Shown here: positions 1 through 9,182 of the stretch, piece after piece | Position numbering within the stretch: position 1 is the first letter of the stretch | Layout: each line of letters begins with the position of its first letter | IMG/VR virus record: IMGVR_UViG_3300045410_000021 | Location: 1-26,941 of that record | Strand: one strand, 5' to 3' | Length of the DNA stretch: 26,941 nt | DNA from: a virus | Lineage: Duplodnaviria > Caudoviricetes | Made by a program: the position numbers and the translations under genes | Notes under the pieces: generated by a model | Seen by the model: the letters and a program-made list of their open reading frames with translations, nothing else | Told to the model about the DNA's origin: nothing | The model's database searches: none

Positions 1-68
1 TTGCCCGCTGGCGGCTGCCGTGGCGGCGATCGAGAAGGCGCAACAGCGATGAGCGAGAGCGCGCACGC

Positions 69-102
69 AAAGAAACCCCCGACCCCACTTCCGGGGCCGG
101 GG
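69..102 (-). terminator. Intrinsic terminator facing the minus-strand late operon
   Basis: Minus strand reads CCCCGGCCCC-GGAAGT-GGGGTCGGGG (10-bp stem with one G.U pair) followed by GTTTCTTT. Confidence 0.7.
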
Positions 103-150
103 CAAACCGCGGCGGGCCATCACCCGCAGCTGATCAAGGAACGCAAGAGC

Positions 151-1095
151 ATGATACTCGGTCGACGTCGTTTTGTCATCTCAGCCACGAGTGGCCTGTT
201 AGTGCCGGCCCTCGGGATCAGGCCCGCCAAGGCGCCGCCCTCCCACGACGATTGGGGGCCGGCCGTGCCGGACGATCGTCCGATCGGCGGCGGTACCGAG
301 CCGGACCCTTACCCCTGGTCTGAAGAAGACGGGCTCCTTGACATCGTAGGCAAGGCCGTCATTGCAGCCGTTGCCTATGTTGACTCCTACCTGAATTCGT
401 GGCCTGGCGTTGCCACAGCCATGGTGTTCGGAGGTTCGGTCTTTGTAAACGAACTGATGGAATTTTACGAGGGTAATAACACTCCACCACCATATGACTG
501 GGACCAAGAGCTGCGTGATTTTGAGAACATGCTTAAGACGATGCCGCCGGATCTACAGCAAATGTTCCGCGGCCTTGGCGGAGAGGAAGCTTTGTTGCAG
601 CAACCCATCAGCATTGCCGGCGTGTCGATCACCGAGGAGAATTTTCGCTCAACGAGCTACCGGATGTTCAATGGCGGGGCTCTCAGCAGCAAGGAACAGT
701 TGCTAACCAAGCGATTCGCCGTGACCTCGTGGAGCAGCCTGGCTTCCTGTTGCTTTACGACAAACAACAATACCAAGATCCTCGGCCGCCGTCCCGTCTG
801 CAACAACGGCTTGGGCAATACGGTGCGGCGGCTGGCTATGTCACCACGGCAAAAGGCCGCCGTGGGTTCTTACATTCGTAACGTCAAGACGAACTATCGT
901 GAGTCCACCATTTACAAGCCGCTGACCGAGATCTGCGCAGCATGGAATTACGTGACATACAGCAAAGCAAAAGAGTTCGTCTATCCGGCGCTGAACCAGG
1001 CGCACACATTCTACACGAATAACCTCACGCAGACCAAGTCGCAGACCAGCTTCACGCAATCGGAATACAATCCGGCGACGGGGAAAATCGCATGA
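151..1095 (+). CDS. Putative Tat-exported protein of unknown function (314 aa)
   Basis: ATG151 follows AAGGA. N-terminus MILGRRRFVISATSGLLVPALGIRPAKA has a twin-arginine motif, hydrophobic core and AxA cleavage site. The ORF-track start at position 1 runs through the terminator and is unlikely. Confidence 0.7.
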   Translation: MILGRRRFVISATSGLLVPALGIRPAKAPPSHDDWGPAVPDDRPIGGGTEPDPYPWSEEDGLLDIVGKAVIAAVAYVDSYLNSWPGVATAMVFGGSVFVNELMEFYEGNNTPPPYDWDQELRDFENMLKTMPPDLQQMFRGLGGEEALLQQPISIAGVSITEENFRSTSYRMFNGGALSSKEQLLTKRFAVTSWSSLASCCFTTNNNTKILGRRPVCNNGLGNTVRRLAMSPRQKAAVGSYIRNVKTNYRESTIYKPLTEICAAWNYVTYSKAKEFVYPALNQAHTFYTNNLTQTKSQTSFTQSEYNPATGKIA

Positions 1096-1228
1096 GAATT
1101 CTCGGGTTAGTTCTAATCATGCTGGCCGTTGGCGGGTGGGTGGGCGCCACAATCGAGTCATACCACCCCGAGTACTGTGGCGTGAACGGAAAGATGATTC
1201 TCTTGACGCTCGAAGGAGTAGTGACAAA

Positions 1229-1561
1229 ATGACCTCTAACAAGTTGATCTCCTCTATCTTCGCAGCCGTCCTGCTCTCAGCAACGGCCGCGTCCGCCGCC
1301 AATTGGACGGTAGTCCCTGAAGACGGCGACAAGTGCAAGAAAGACCAAGCGGCCTTCATCGGGCAGCTGCCCGGTCTGGGTTACTCCTTGATCAAGAAGG
1401 AGAAACATGCACCACTTTCCGCCAGTTTCTCCGTCTGTGTGCGGAAGAACTCGAACGGCCTATACGAGCTGTGGGAAGTACAGCCGATCGGAATTACGGT
1501 GTTCTGTCGATTAGCTTTTCGAACAGGTATGAATGGCGCCTGTTCGAACAACCCGCTCTGA
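1229..1561 (+). CDS. Small Sec-secreted protein with four Cys (110 aa)
   Basis: AAGGAG lies 10 nt before ATG1229. Signal peptide MTSNKLISSIFAAVLLSATAASA; four Cys in the mature part. Confidence 0.75.
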   Translation: MTSNKLISSIFAAVLLSATAASAANWTVVPEDGDKCKKDQAAFIGQLPGLGYSLIKKEKHAPLSASFSVCVRKNSNGLYELWEVQPIGITVFCRLAFRTGMNGACSNNPL

Positions 1562-1570
1562 TCAGGCGCC

Positions 1571-3667
1571 TCAATCGTGCCGGTAGACCTGAATGCGCCG
1601 CACCCACGCCCAGCCTTCGCCGATCTGGAAAGTCGAGCCGCCGAAATAGAAATCTAGCCACGGCCCGACGAGGTTGTTGTTGAGGTGCCGGTCGCTGTTC
1701 TTTGGATTGCACAACACACCAGCGTTTTCGGCGACTTGCTGGCGGGTGCCTGGCGTGCCCAGCTCACCATCAATGTCATGGGTGATGTACATACGCATGA
1801 ACCCATCCGCACTGTGCGGGTTCGGGTCGCCGTCACCGAAAAAGGAATTGGCCGGCACCGATGCAGGCGATGTGAGCCGGACTTCTAATTCGTGCCGGGT
1901 CCAACACCCTTCTTCATCATTGATGTTGGCACCGCTGCTTGGAACCCACTCGCCGACGTAGGATGGACGATCGTAATTGCCCAGCTCCAAAGCCAGGCCA
2001 GACGATCCGCAAGAGGTCATGTAGCCGATATTGGTCAGAGACCCGTACGAACCAGGTGCCACACGAGGGTTAGTGTTGCTCCACCAATGGCAGAAGATCG
2101 GCCCTTCCTGATTATTACCCTGATACATGGAGCAGAAATACTTCATACCGCCCGTGCCTTTAACGTCGGCGACGAAGTCGGGATATGAACCGCCAGTCGT
2201 GCCTAAGCCATTGGCCTTGTAGGTTGTCGGATCGGTGCTTTTACAAATCCTGGTCTCCATCACAACTCGTATGTGGGCAGGACCAGTTGTCTCCCGTGTC
2301 AGCGGCTCATAAAGCTCAATCGCAAAATCCGCTATGTTGTGGACACCTGCGTTCGGGTAGTGGACATGAAGTTCAAGGCTCGGGTCGCCAGTCGGGGCAC
2401 GGTTCCAGCAGACATCGGAGGTGTTGTTGTTCTTGCTGTTCGTTCCGCGCACCAGGGACGCGCCAACGACAGCGCCGCCTCCGCCTGCAACATCCTTATC
2501 CCATTTGTTGTCAGCCGGGGCGTTCTGTGTTCCTGTGCCTATAATCCCTATCGCATCATCGGTATCGCGGTCGGCAAGAGCTACGCCGTCGATCCAGCTC
2601 GCCTGCGGCTGGAAGTCGTAAACCAACGTGCCGCCGCCCGGGTTGGTCTCGCCGGCATCGATCACGGTCAGCGACACCGTTCCATCGGTGCTCTCTCCGT
2701 TCACGTCGGTGATCGTATAGGTGAAGGTGTCGGCCTCGTTGGCGGTGACGGCATCGGCCGTGAAAACGATATCGTTGCTGCCGTTGACCGACGCCGTGCC
2801 GAATGCTTCTTCAGCCCCGAGGGTGATGATCAGGTCCTCTTTCCGGCCGACGTAGGCGCTGGCGGCTGCGACATCGATCGTCACCGTCCCGCCGTCCTCG
2901 TCGACTGTCAGGCCCGAGGCGTCGCCTGCGACCGGCAGCGCTGTGACCTGGCTGAGCCCGATGATCTCGGCGTCGGTCAGGACACGGTTGTAAAGCGCCA
3001 CCTCGTCCAAGGAGCAGTCCAGACGATCCGCGAACTGTGGAGCGCCGGCGAAAATCAGGTCATTCGTATTAGAACTCCACGCCCCGGTGAAGCCGGTGTT
3101 TTTGCTGCGAAACTGTCCGTCGATCCAGATCGACAGGCCAGTGCTGTCGGCCGTGACGACGGCGTGATACGTCTGACCCGAGGCCGCCACGATACCTAGA
3201 GCTTGATGTTGGGCGGTGGTGGATTGCAGCTGTGCATAAAGCTCGCCAGCATCGTTGCAGTACAAGCCGAAGTCGCCGTCGTTAAGCCCGGCCTGCTCCT
3301 TGGTGACGAGGGCCGTCAGGGTGTCCTCTACCGTATGCACCACACACCACATGGACAGCGTCCACGCGGCCAGCTCGAGCCCGGCGTCATGCTCCACGGT
3401 GCCCTTGACCGTGCCCGGCAGCCTGCTCGCCTGGTTGCTCCCTGCCGGCAGGCCCGCGACCAGAGTGACCTCGCCTCCCACATCATAGGTGCCGTGCCGG
3501 GCCCCAACCGCCGAGTCGACGACGCTGCCGGCGTCGGCGAAGCGCCAGTGGGCCAGCAAGCCTGAGAGAGCCTGCGCAGCACCGTAGGCGTCGACCGCGC
3601 TCGCGACGATCCTGCGCCCAGGCAGGCCGCGGTGACTCAGGACGTGCTGGGCGTAGCGGCGGCTCAT
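1571..3667 (-). CDS. Tail-associated receptor-binding protein: LamG/ConA-like domain, Ig/cadherin-like domain and putative polysaccharide-lyase-like C-terminal domain
   Basis: 698 aa. LamG motifs YHAVVT, SIWIDGQ and LDEVALYNRVLTDAEI; Ig-like DTFTYTITDVNG. C-terminal WTRHELEVRL...ADGFMRMYI...FYFGG resembles jelly-roll lyase domains. ATGA overlap with the upstream gene. Confidence 0.7.
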   Translation of the reverse strand: MSRRYAQHVLSHRGLPGRRIVASAVDAYGAAQALSGLLAHWRFADAGSVVDSAVGARHGTYDVGGEVTLVAGLPAGSNQASRLPGTVKGTVEHDAGLELAAWTLSMWCVVHTVEDTLTALVTKEQAGLNDGDFGLYCNDAGELYAQLQSTTAQHQALGIVAASGQTYHAVVTADSTGLSIWIDGQFRSKNTGFTGAWSSNTNDLIFAGAPQFADRLDCSLDEVALYNRVLTDAEIIGLSQVTALPVAGDASGLTVDEDGGTVTIDVAAASAYVGRKEDLIITLGAEEAFGTASVNGSNDIVFTADAVTANEADTFTYTITDVNGESTDGTVSLTVIDAGETNPGGGTLVYDFQPQASWIDGVALADRDTDDAIGIIGTGTQNAPADNKWDKDVAGGGGAVVGASLVRGTNSKNNNTSDVCWNRAPTGDPSLELHVHYPNAGVHNIADFAIELYEPLTRETTGPAHIRVVMETRICKSTDPTTYKANGLGTTGGSYPDFVADVKGTGGMKYFCSMYQGNNQEGPIFCHWWSNTNPRVAPGSYGSLTNIGYMTSCGSSGLALELGNYDRPSYVGEWVPSSGANINDEEGCWTRHELEVRLTSPASVPANSFFGDGDPNPHSADGFMRMYITHDIDGELGTPGTRQQVAENAGVLCNPKNSDRHLNNNLVGPWLDFYFGGSTFQIGEGWAWVRRIQVYRHD

Positions 3668-4362
3668 GCCGGCTCCACCACGACGATCACGCCAGTACGG
3701 CGCGGGCTGGTCGCGCTCCAGGTGAAAGTCGCTGTGACTGTGGATTGCTCCGACCCAAGGGCGCCGGCAGCATAGGCGACGTTGTCGTTGGTCGGCGTAA
3801 CGAATATCTCGCGGTCTTCGGTAGCATCGTCGGTGATCGTGACTGTCAAGTCCGTAGCGCTCGCGCTGTGCCCTACGGAGTACACCTTTGACCCGACCGG
3901 GAAGTTGCCGGACGGGCGTGTGACGCTCACTGCCAGGGTGTCGCCAGAGACGGCTGACGAGTTCTGGTCGGCATAGACGGTCTGCGATGCGCCATGGAGA
4001 CCGATGATCTGGCTAAGGCCAGCCTTGGTCCCGCTGAACGTGGCGCGCTGAATCTTTGCGCCAGTGGCGGGCAGGGCTGTCTCGAGTAGCTTGAATGCCC
4101 AAGTTCGATCTCCGGACTCTGTGCTATCGGCGATATTCTCCCACGCAATGTCGTCGCCCGCCGGATCGAGAGCGAGTGCTGGCAGCGTATCTTGAGCAAA
4201 ACCCAGAGCGATCAAGACACGGTTGTCACCATCTGGGACTGTGATCGACTTATCCCAGGGATTGGCAGCCGTGCTCGGCCGATCGTCGCTGACCGAAAAA
4301 ACCTCCTCGAAGGCGGTGCTCGCAGCCGCCCCATGATGCCCAGCCACAGCGCGAGCCAGCAT
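3664..4362 (-). CDS. Putative virion structural/tail accessory beta-sandwich protein (232 aa)
   Basis: Start ATG4362 forms a TAATG overlap with the upstream stop. Ala/Thr/Ser/Gly-rich beta-type sequence (SITVPDGDNRVLIA...ATFTWSA). Confidence 0.65.
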   Translation of the reverse strand: MLARAVAGHHGAAASTAFEEVFSVSDDRPSTAANPWDKSITVPDGDNRVLIALGFAQDTLPALALDPAGDDIAWENIADSTESGDRTWAFKLLETALPATGAKIQRATFSGTKAGLSQIIGLHGASQTVYADQNSSAVSGDTLAVSVTRPSGNFPVGSKVYSVGHSASATDLTVTITDDATEDREIFVTPTNDNVAYAAGALGSEQSTVTATFTWSATSPRRTGVIVVVEPA

Positions 4363-6710
4363 TAGGCCGTTCCGTCCGCTTCGGTCACGATGTCGGCGAC
4401 CGCCGTCCGCAGCATCTCGAGGGCGTTGCTCGGGCCGACCTCGACGTAGATGCTGTCCCCCGTGCCCCACCCGAGCGCGCTGACATCGTAGTCGAGCGAG
4501 TTGTGGATCAGGTCGTGGTCGCCGCCGAGCTTCAGCCGGCACTGGAAACCGTTGACGTTGGGGATGGTTGCAGCGCCCGCCGTGACGATCGTCTTTCCGC
4601 TGTCTGCCGTGCTGATCGCGGTACCAGCATCGCTGCGGGTCACTCGGGTTACGAGGTTGCCGCTGACCGCCTTGCCGCCAAGGTCGACATCGAGCAGCAC
4701 ATCGTCGGCGATCTTGCCGAAAGGTGCCGAGCCGGCGTTGCGTCCGATCTCGATGCGGACCACGCCGCCCTCGGGGCGGGAGTAAACCGCCGGGCTCGTC
4801 TGCCCGTTGATCGTGACGTTCGCGCCGCCGGTCACGAGGATGCCGCCGACCAACACTCCGCTGACGGTATCGGTGAAGCCGGTCAGATCCTCCAGCTCGT
4901 AAATGCCCGGCAGGATGTCATCGGCGAGGGTGACGACAATGCCGGTAGCGCTGGTGCAGGCGCGCCGTAGACCCCGGCTGCTCGCAACCCCGGCGGCGTC
5001 GAGAGTGAGAGTGGTGCCGGCTGTTGAGGCTCCGGCGGCGAGGGTCTCGTTCACCACGGCGTTGCCGTCGGCGTCGAGGTCGGCGGTCAGAAGGTCGAAG
5101 TTTCCCCAGGCGGCGTCATCCTTGAGCACACGCCCCGTCGAGCTCACCGGGTCCGGCACCAGCCCTCGATTGCCGACGCCGACCACGCCAACGATGTCGC
5201 GGACCTGGCTCTCAGTGAGCGAGGTTGGAACGCCGGTGCCAGCGCTGAGAGCCCGACCAATGATACGCCGCTCGGCGAGGTCGGCCATGCCGCTGAGGGC
5301 GATCTTCCCCCATGCTGGATCGGCCGAGGCCCCGGCGCTGAGCAGCGAAAAGCCGGCGGTGCCGTGGGCGAGTTCCTGCACGTCGCCAGCGCTGTCGATG
5401 TAGAGGAGGCGGTAGGCGGTGCCATCGAGCTGGGTAGCGGCGTTGCTGGGCTGCACGCGCATCACCGGATCGGTCTCGCGGGCAAGCTTGTCGATCTCGG
5501 CCAGCATCCGGCTCTCGATCTGAGCCGTGGTCAGGCCGGAGGGGATGCCCTTCAGCAGGCGGTAGCCGTACCAGTCGTGAGTGCCGACGCGGCCCGCTTG
5601 TTGCGCGTCATTACCTACAGTCAGACCAATTGATTGCCCAGTTGGGTCAACTGCCTGCGCTCCGATATTACCTGATACTTGATATATATTCCCAGTTTCC
5701 GATATAGAAATAATCATGGTTGTCGAGGGATTGGAGGCAAAGTCTGTGTAGACTGAAAGCCTTTGTCTGCCTGAAGGGATTGCTACTGCTAGGTTAGCTG
5801 TAGTAGAGGCCCCTGTGTACATACGCAACTGAGTTGGAAATATAGAGAACCCGTAGCCGCCTCCATGGTTGGACGCCAAAAATATCGGTGTACTTACCCA
5901 ATCTGCCGCAATATTCACATTTACGTCGAATGTGACAATATTGCGAAGCCCAAGTAAAGTCGTTGATGTGCGGGATAGCTTTGTGTTGCTGGTCGCCTCA
6001 TTTGCGACTGTGCGGATAGCTCCATCCGCTTGCAGTTGGGGGTTGCCGGTGCCCGCGAGTGAGCCGGAGAGACCGTGCGACTCGCCTATGGCGGTAACGT
6101 CCGGGTCGCCCGTCACCTCATGCCCAGAGACCCAGGCCGAGGTGAGCTCTGACTCCTCTCCTGGCCCCGTGCGCAGCCGGGAGAGCAGGTCGAGCTTAGG
6201 GGCAGGGCCTGTCAGAGCAGCAAGGGCAGTAAGGTTGGCAGCGAAGGCTTGCACGTTCGAACCGATCGCGAGACCCAGATTCGTACGTGCGGTGGAAGCG
6301 TCGCTTGCGCCAGTGCCGCCTCCTGCTACCGGAAGATCGCCCGTTACGTCGGTCGTCAGGTCAATCTGTCCGCGGGTGATCTGCTGACCGCTTAGGGTGA
6401 TGTAGTCCGGCGTGCCGGCCAGGGTCACGGCATCATGCGCGGCGGCCAAGGTCTCCAGCGCCAGACTGCCATCCGCCTGCACCGCCAGGACGTCGCCGTC
6501 AGAGCCGCCTGAGAAGTCGATAGCTCCGGTTCGGGGCGTGATCGCGCCGCTGGCAAGGGCGGCGGGCTGGAGGGCGGTATCGGCCGTAGCCCCCTGCGCG
6601 GCGGTAGCCTTGCCGTTGACTTCGGACTCGATCGCATCGAAGTTGGCGTCGTGCTGCGCCGACGTGAGAGCTTCGCCGCTTTCGCCACGCTTCAAAAGGT
6701 TGAGGGTCAT
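4362..6710 (-). CDS. Tail fibre protein (782 aa)
   Basis: Start ATG6710 gives MTLNLLKRGESGEALTSAQHDANF, a typical fibre N-terminus. Fibre shaft motifs LPVAGGGTGASDASTARTNLGL and LLSAGASADPAW. Confidence 0.75.
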   Translation of the reverse strand: MTLNLLKRGESGEALTSAQHDANFDAIESEVNGKATAAQGATADTALQPAALASGAITPRTGAIDFSGGSDGDVLAVQADGSLALETLAAAHDAVTLAGTPDYITLSGQQITRGQIDLTTDVTGDLPVAGGGTGASDASTARTNLGLAIGSNVQAFAANLTALAALTGPAPKLDLLSRLRTGPGEESELTSAWVSGHEVTGDPDVTAIGESHGLSGSLAGTGNPQLQADGAIRTVANEATSNTKLSRTSTTLLGLRNIVTFDVNVNIAADWVSTPIFLASNHGGGYGFSIFPTQLRMYTGASTTANLAVAIPSGRQRLSVYTDFASNPSTTMIISISETGNIYQVSGNIGAQAVDPTGQSIGLTVGNDAQQAGRVGTHDWYGYRLLKGIPSGLTTAQIESRMLAEIDKLARETDPVMRVQPSNAATQLDGTAYRLLYIDSAGDVQELAHGTAGFSLLSAGASADPAWGKIALSGMADLAERRIIGRALSAGTGVPTSLTESQVRDIVGVVGVGNRGLVPDPVSSTGRVLKDDAAWGNFDLLTADLDADGNAVVNETLAAGASTAGTTLTLDAAGVASSRGLRRACTSATGIVVTLADDILPGIYELEDLTGFTDTVSGVLVGGILVTGGANVTINGQTSPAVYSRPEGGVVRIEIGRNAGSAPFGKIADDVLLDVDLGGKAVSGNLVTRVTRSDAGTAISTADSGKTIVTAGAATIPNVNGFQCRLKLGGDHDLIHNSLDYDVSALGWGTGDSIYVEVGPSNALEMLRTAVADIVTEADGTA

Positions 6711-6713
6711 GGC

Positions 6714-6824
6714 ATGCTTCCCACGATAGACGAGCACAACGCCGCCGCCGCGGTACGCTGGATGCGCTTGGCGCTGGCCGTGGTCATCGTAGCGTTGGCC
6801 GTGCTGGTGATCGCGACCTGGTAG
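6714..6824 (+). CDS. Putative 36-aa single-pass membrane peptide, antisense to the late operon
   Basis: Translated by hand (below the ORF-track cutoff): MLPTIDEHNAAAAVRWMRLALAVVIVALAVLVIATW*. GAGGG lies 7 nt upstream of the ATG. Confidence 0.45.
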   Translation: MLPTIDEHNAAAAVRWMRLALAVVIVALAVLVIATW

Positions 6825-6913
6825 GTCATCCGTCGGGCAAGCGACCATCCCGTCCAGTTTGGTGGCCGCAGAGGTGACGCTCGAGACGTGCGCGCCTCCT
6901 GAACGGCCGTTGG

Positions 6914-7126
6914 TCAGCCACCAGTCAGAGCGGCGGCGGCGCGAACTCCGGCTGCGCCTGACAGGCTGGCGGCGGCGCGCAGGCTTTGCTGCTGCCCAGA
7001 CTCGTAGACGCCAGCTTCGTAGACGCCTGCGGCATAGACGGCCTCGCCGCCGCTCCCCGCGACGCTAAGGACGGCAGCGGCGCGGGGCGTGGCGGAGCCT
7101 GTCAGGGTGGCGGCAGCGCGGGCCAT
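6914..7126 (-). CDS. Small Ala/Gly-rich tail-associated protein (70 aa)
   Basis: TGATG coupling with the upstream gene. Internal repeat VYAAG-VYEAG-VYESG is flanked by RAAAxL(T/S)G-like repeats. Confidence 0.55.
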   Translation of the reverse strand: MARAAATLTGSATPRAAAVLSVAGSGGEAVYAAGVYEAGVYESGQQQSLRAAASLSGAAGVRAAAALTGG

Positions 7127-8061
7127 CAAACCTGCACCGGCCCTGTGCCGTCCGTCAGCTCGCCGTTCTCGGTGAAGCCGCCGCCGCTACCCTTGTTCTC
7201 GTGCCAGGTCGCCAGAGAGCCCGAGAACTGTACGATCGGTGACCCGATCGTAGCGTTGCCGAGGTCCGGCCGCACCGGGTGGCCCCCAGGTGTCACCAGG
7301 AGCGCCTGGTTGCCGGCGACCGACAGGTCGAGCAGCACGCCATCCCACAGCCGCAGGTCGGCCAGATCGCCGATGAAGGGCAAGGTGCCATTGGTCCGCG
7401 CGCCGATCGCGAGGTTGCCGCCGGTGAAGTCGATCTCGGCGTCGGTGTACGTCGTCCAGGTCGCCGCGACGACGGCGGTGTCGAGCAACACCCAGCGCTC
7501 GCCGGTGTCGGCCATGTTGACCGACCAAGCCAGATGGTGCCACTCCGTGTCCGAGATGGTCGCCATAGTCGCCTGCAGGATGGTCGTCAAGCCGCTGTCG
7601 ACCGCGAGCAGCAGTAACGCGTTGCCTGTGGTGACCTGGAGTTGGATTCGGCCCGCGTTGTCCGCGAAGATGCGCTGGTCGACCCCGATGCCGTCGCTGC
7701 GTCTGAACCATAGACTGCCGGTGTAGAACTTGCTGTCGACGGCGCCGGTCAGTCCCGTGCCGCGGGTGAGGTAGTCGTTCACGCCGTCGAAGGCGACGGG
7801 GGTGGCTGCATAAAAGCTCCCGACGCTGCCCCAGCTGCCCGCCCCCTGCTCTGCAGCAAACGCCGCCATCAGATTCGGCAGATTGTCGTCGCTCGATCCT
7901 AACCGCTCCTGCAGCCAGGCGATAAGCGCGCCGTTGAAGGTCGCGCCGGCCGGGATGGTTGCCTCGGCCGCGAACGCCGCGAGCGCGTCGCCGTTGTAGT
8001 CCGAGGTTCCGCTGCCGATGGTGCGGAACGATGCCTGGCGGTCGCCTTGCTGGGTCGCCAT
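7126..8061 (-). CDS. LamG/ConA-like domain tail protein (311 aa)
   Basis: Motifs FDGVNDYL, TGSLWFRR, ISDTEWHHLAWS and FIGDLADLRLW. TGATG coupling with the upstream gene. Confidence 0.75.
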   Translation of the reverse strand: MATQQGDRQASFRTIGSGTSDYNGDALAAFAAEATIPAGATFNGALIAWLQERLGSSDDNLPNLMAAFAAEQGAGSWGSVGSFYAATPVAFDGVNDYLTRGTGLTGAVDSKFYTGSLWFRRSDGIGVDQRIFADNAGRIQLQVTTGNALLLLAVDSGLTTILQATMATISDTEWHHLAWSVNMADTGERWVLLDTAVVAATWTTYTDAEIDFTGGNLAIGARTNGTLPFIGDLADLRLWDGVLLDLSVAGNQALLVTPGGHPVRPDLGNATIGSPIVQFSGSLATWHENKGSGGGFTENGELTDGTGPVQV

Positions 8062-9182
8062 CACGTCTCGACCAGCATGGAGATCGCGCCGGAACTAAAC
8101 ACGTCAGTGCCATCGGTCTGAAACTGGACCTGCGTCAGCGCTGCGCTCAGGGTTTTGAATCCGGTAACTAGGCTGTGGTTGCTGCCGCCGCCCCCGGCAA
8201 TCTGCCCAGAGAGAGCCCATGTGGCGGCGGCTGGGTTGGAACGCTCCAGCACGAGAACCGCATAGAACGATGCGACCGATAGAGTGGTAGCGAGCGCAAA
8301 ATAGGTGTCGTGGGGGGTATCCGTGATAGCTGGGCCGGTGCTATTGAGGAACGTTCCCAGGCCAGCATACCCCGCCGTTTCCAGCCCACCGGAGTCGCCG
8401 AGCTGAAGCTTCAACACCCCGCTGCCAGCGCCATCGAGCGCTACGGCGTTCAGGTAGAACGTCAGCTTCCGGGCGCTTGTCAGCCCGGAGTTGAAGGTAA
8501 CGGTCGTGCCCGAGGTCGTGGCGACCTCGGAGCCCAGAACCTGCCCCATCGCCGCGCCGCCAAGCGGGAGCGTCAGGCCAGCGGAGCCCAGGGTCGCTAC
8601 CTCGGTCAGCGTCCCAGCCACGGCCACATAAAAATTGATCTGGCCCTCCTCGGAGGCGTCGGTCGGGTCGACAATCTCGCCGCCGATTGCTCCGTAGACC
8701 GTCTGGTTGCCGCCGCTGTCCTCACCGTCGAGGCGATAGCGCCCGATCAGGTCGGCCGTCGCCGGCGATGCGCTGTCGCGATAGGCGACGTACTCCGGAC
8801 CTTGGGTTGCCGTGTCCTCGTTGGCACGCAGCTCCATCTTGCTGCTGATGCTCGCGTCGTTCTGGACCCGCAGCACTCGCTCGTTGTTGATGTACAGGTC
8901 AACGATGTCATCGGCGCTGGCGTAGAGGTAAGTGTCTTCGTCGGCGTCAATGCGGAGCTGGTTGGCCTCGAGCTTGAGCGCGCCGGCCATGACGATCAGG
9001 CTCGCGCTGTTCTCGCCGTTCTTCGCGAGGCACGCCGCGATGCCGTCGGCCAGATCCTGGTCGTGAGTGTCGTGGTCGTCTGCCAGGATCTTGACTGGCG
9101 TTTCGAAGGCGTCGACCCACACCGCAGAACCGGTGCGGGTGCCATCGGTGCGCGTGAAATTCCCGAAACCATCCCACGGCAT
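8061..9182 (-). CDS. Tail fibre/tailspike protein with N-terminal virion-attachment domain (373 aa)
   Basis: N-terminus MPWDGFGNFTR...HDQDLADGIAACLAKNG resembles podovirus fibre anchors. C-terminal beta tip VATTSGTTVTF...FSSGAISMLVE. AAGGA upstream of the start. Confidence 0.7.
   Translation of the reverse strand: MPWDGFGNFTRTDGTRTGSAVWVDAFETPVKILADDHDTHDQDLADGIAACLAKNGENSASLIVMAGALKLEANQLRIDADEDTYLYASADDIVDLYINNERVLRVQNDASISSKMELRANEDTATQGPEYVAYRDSASPATADLIGRYRLDGEDSGGNQTVYGAIGGEIVDPTDASEEGQINFYVAVAGTLTEVATLGSAGLTLPLGGAAMGQVLGSEVATTSGTTVTFNSGLTSARKLTFYLNAVALDGAGSGVLKLQLGDSGGLETAGYAGLGTFLNSTGPAITDTPHDTYFALATTLSVASFYAVLVLERSNPAAATWALSGQIAGGGGSNHSLVTGFKTLSAALTQVQFQTDGTDVFSSGAISMLVET

Noticed and set aside
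1-150. N-terminal 50 aa of the 364-aa ORF
   Set aside because: It spans a terminator hairpin, and the Tat signal begins at ATG151. Frame 2 (2-52, ...LAAAVAAIEKAQQR*) may be the end of an upstream gene but is too short to call.
1571-9182. Diversity-generating retroelement or invertible tail-fibre cassette
   Set aside because: No reverse transcriptase, invertase or template/variable repeat pair was seen in the window.
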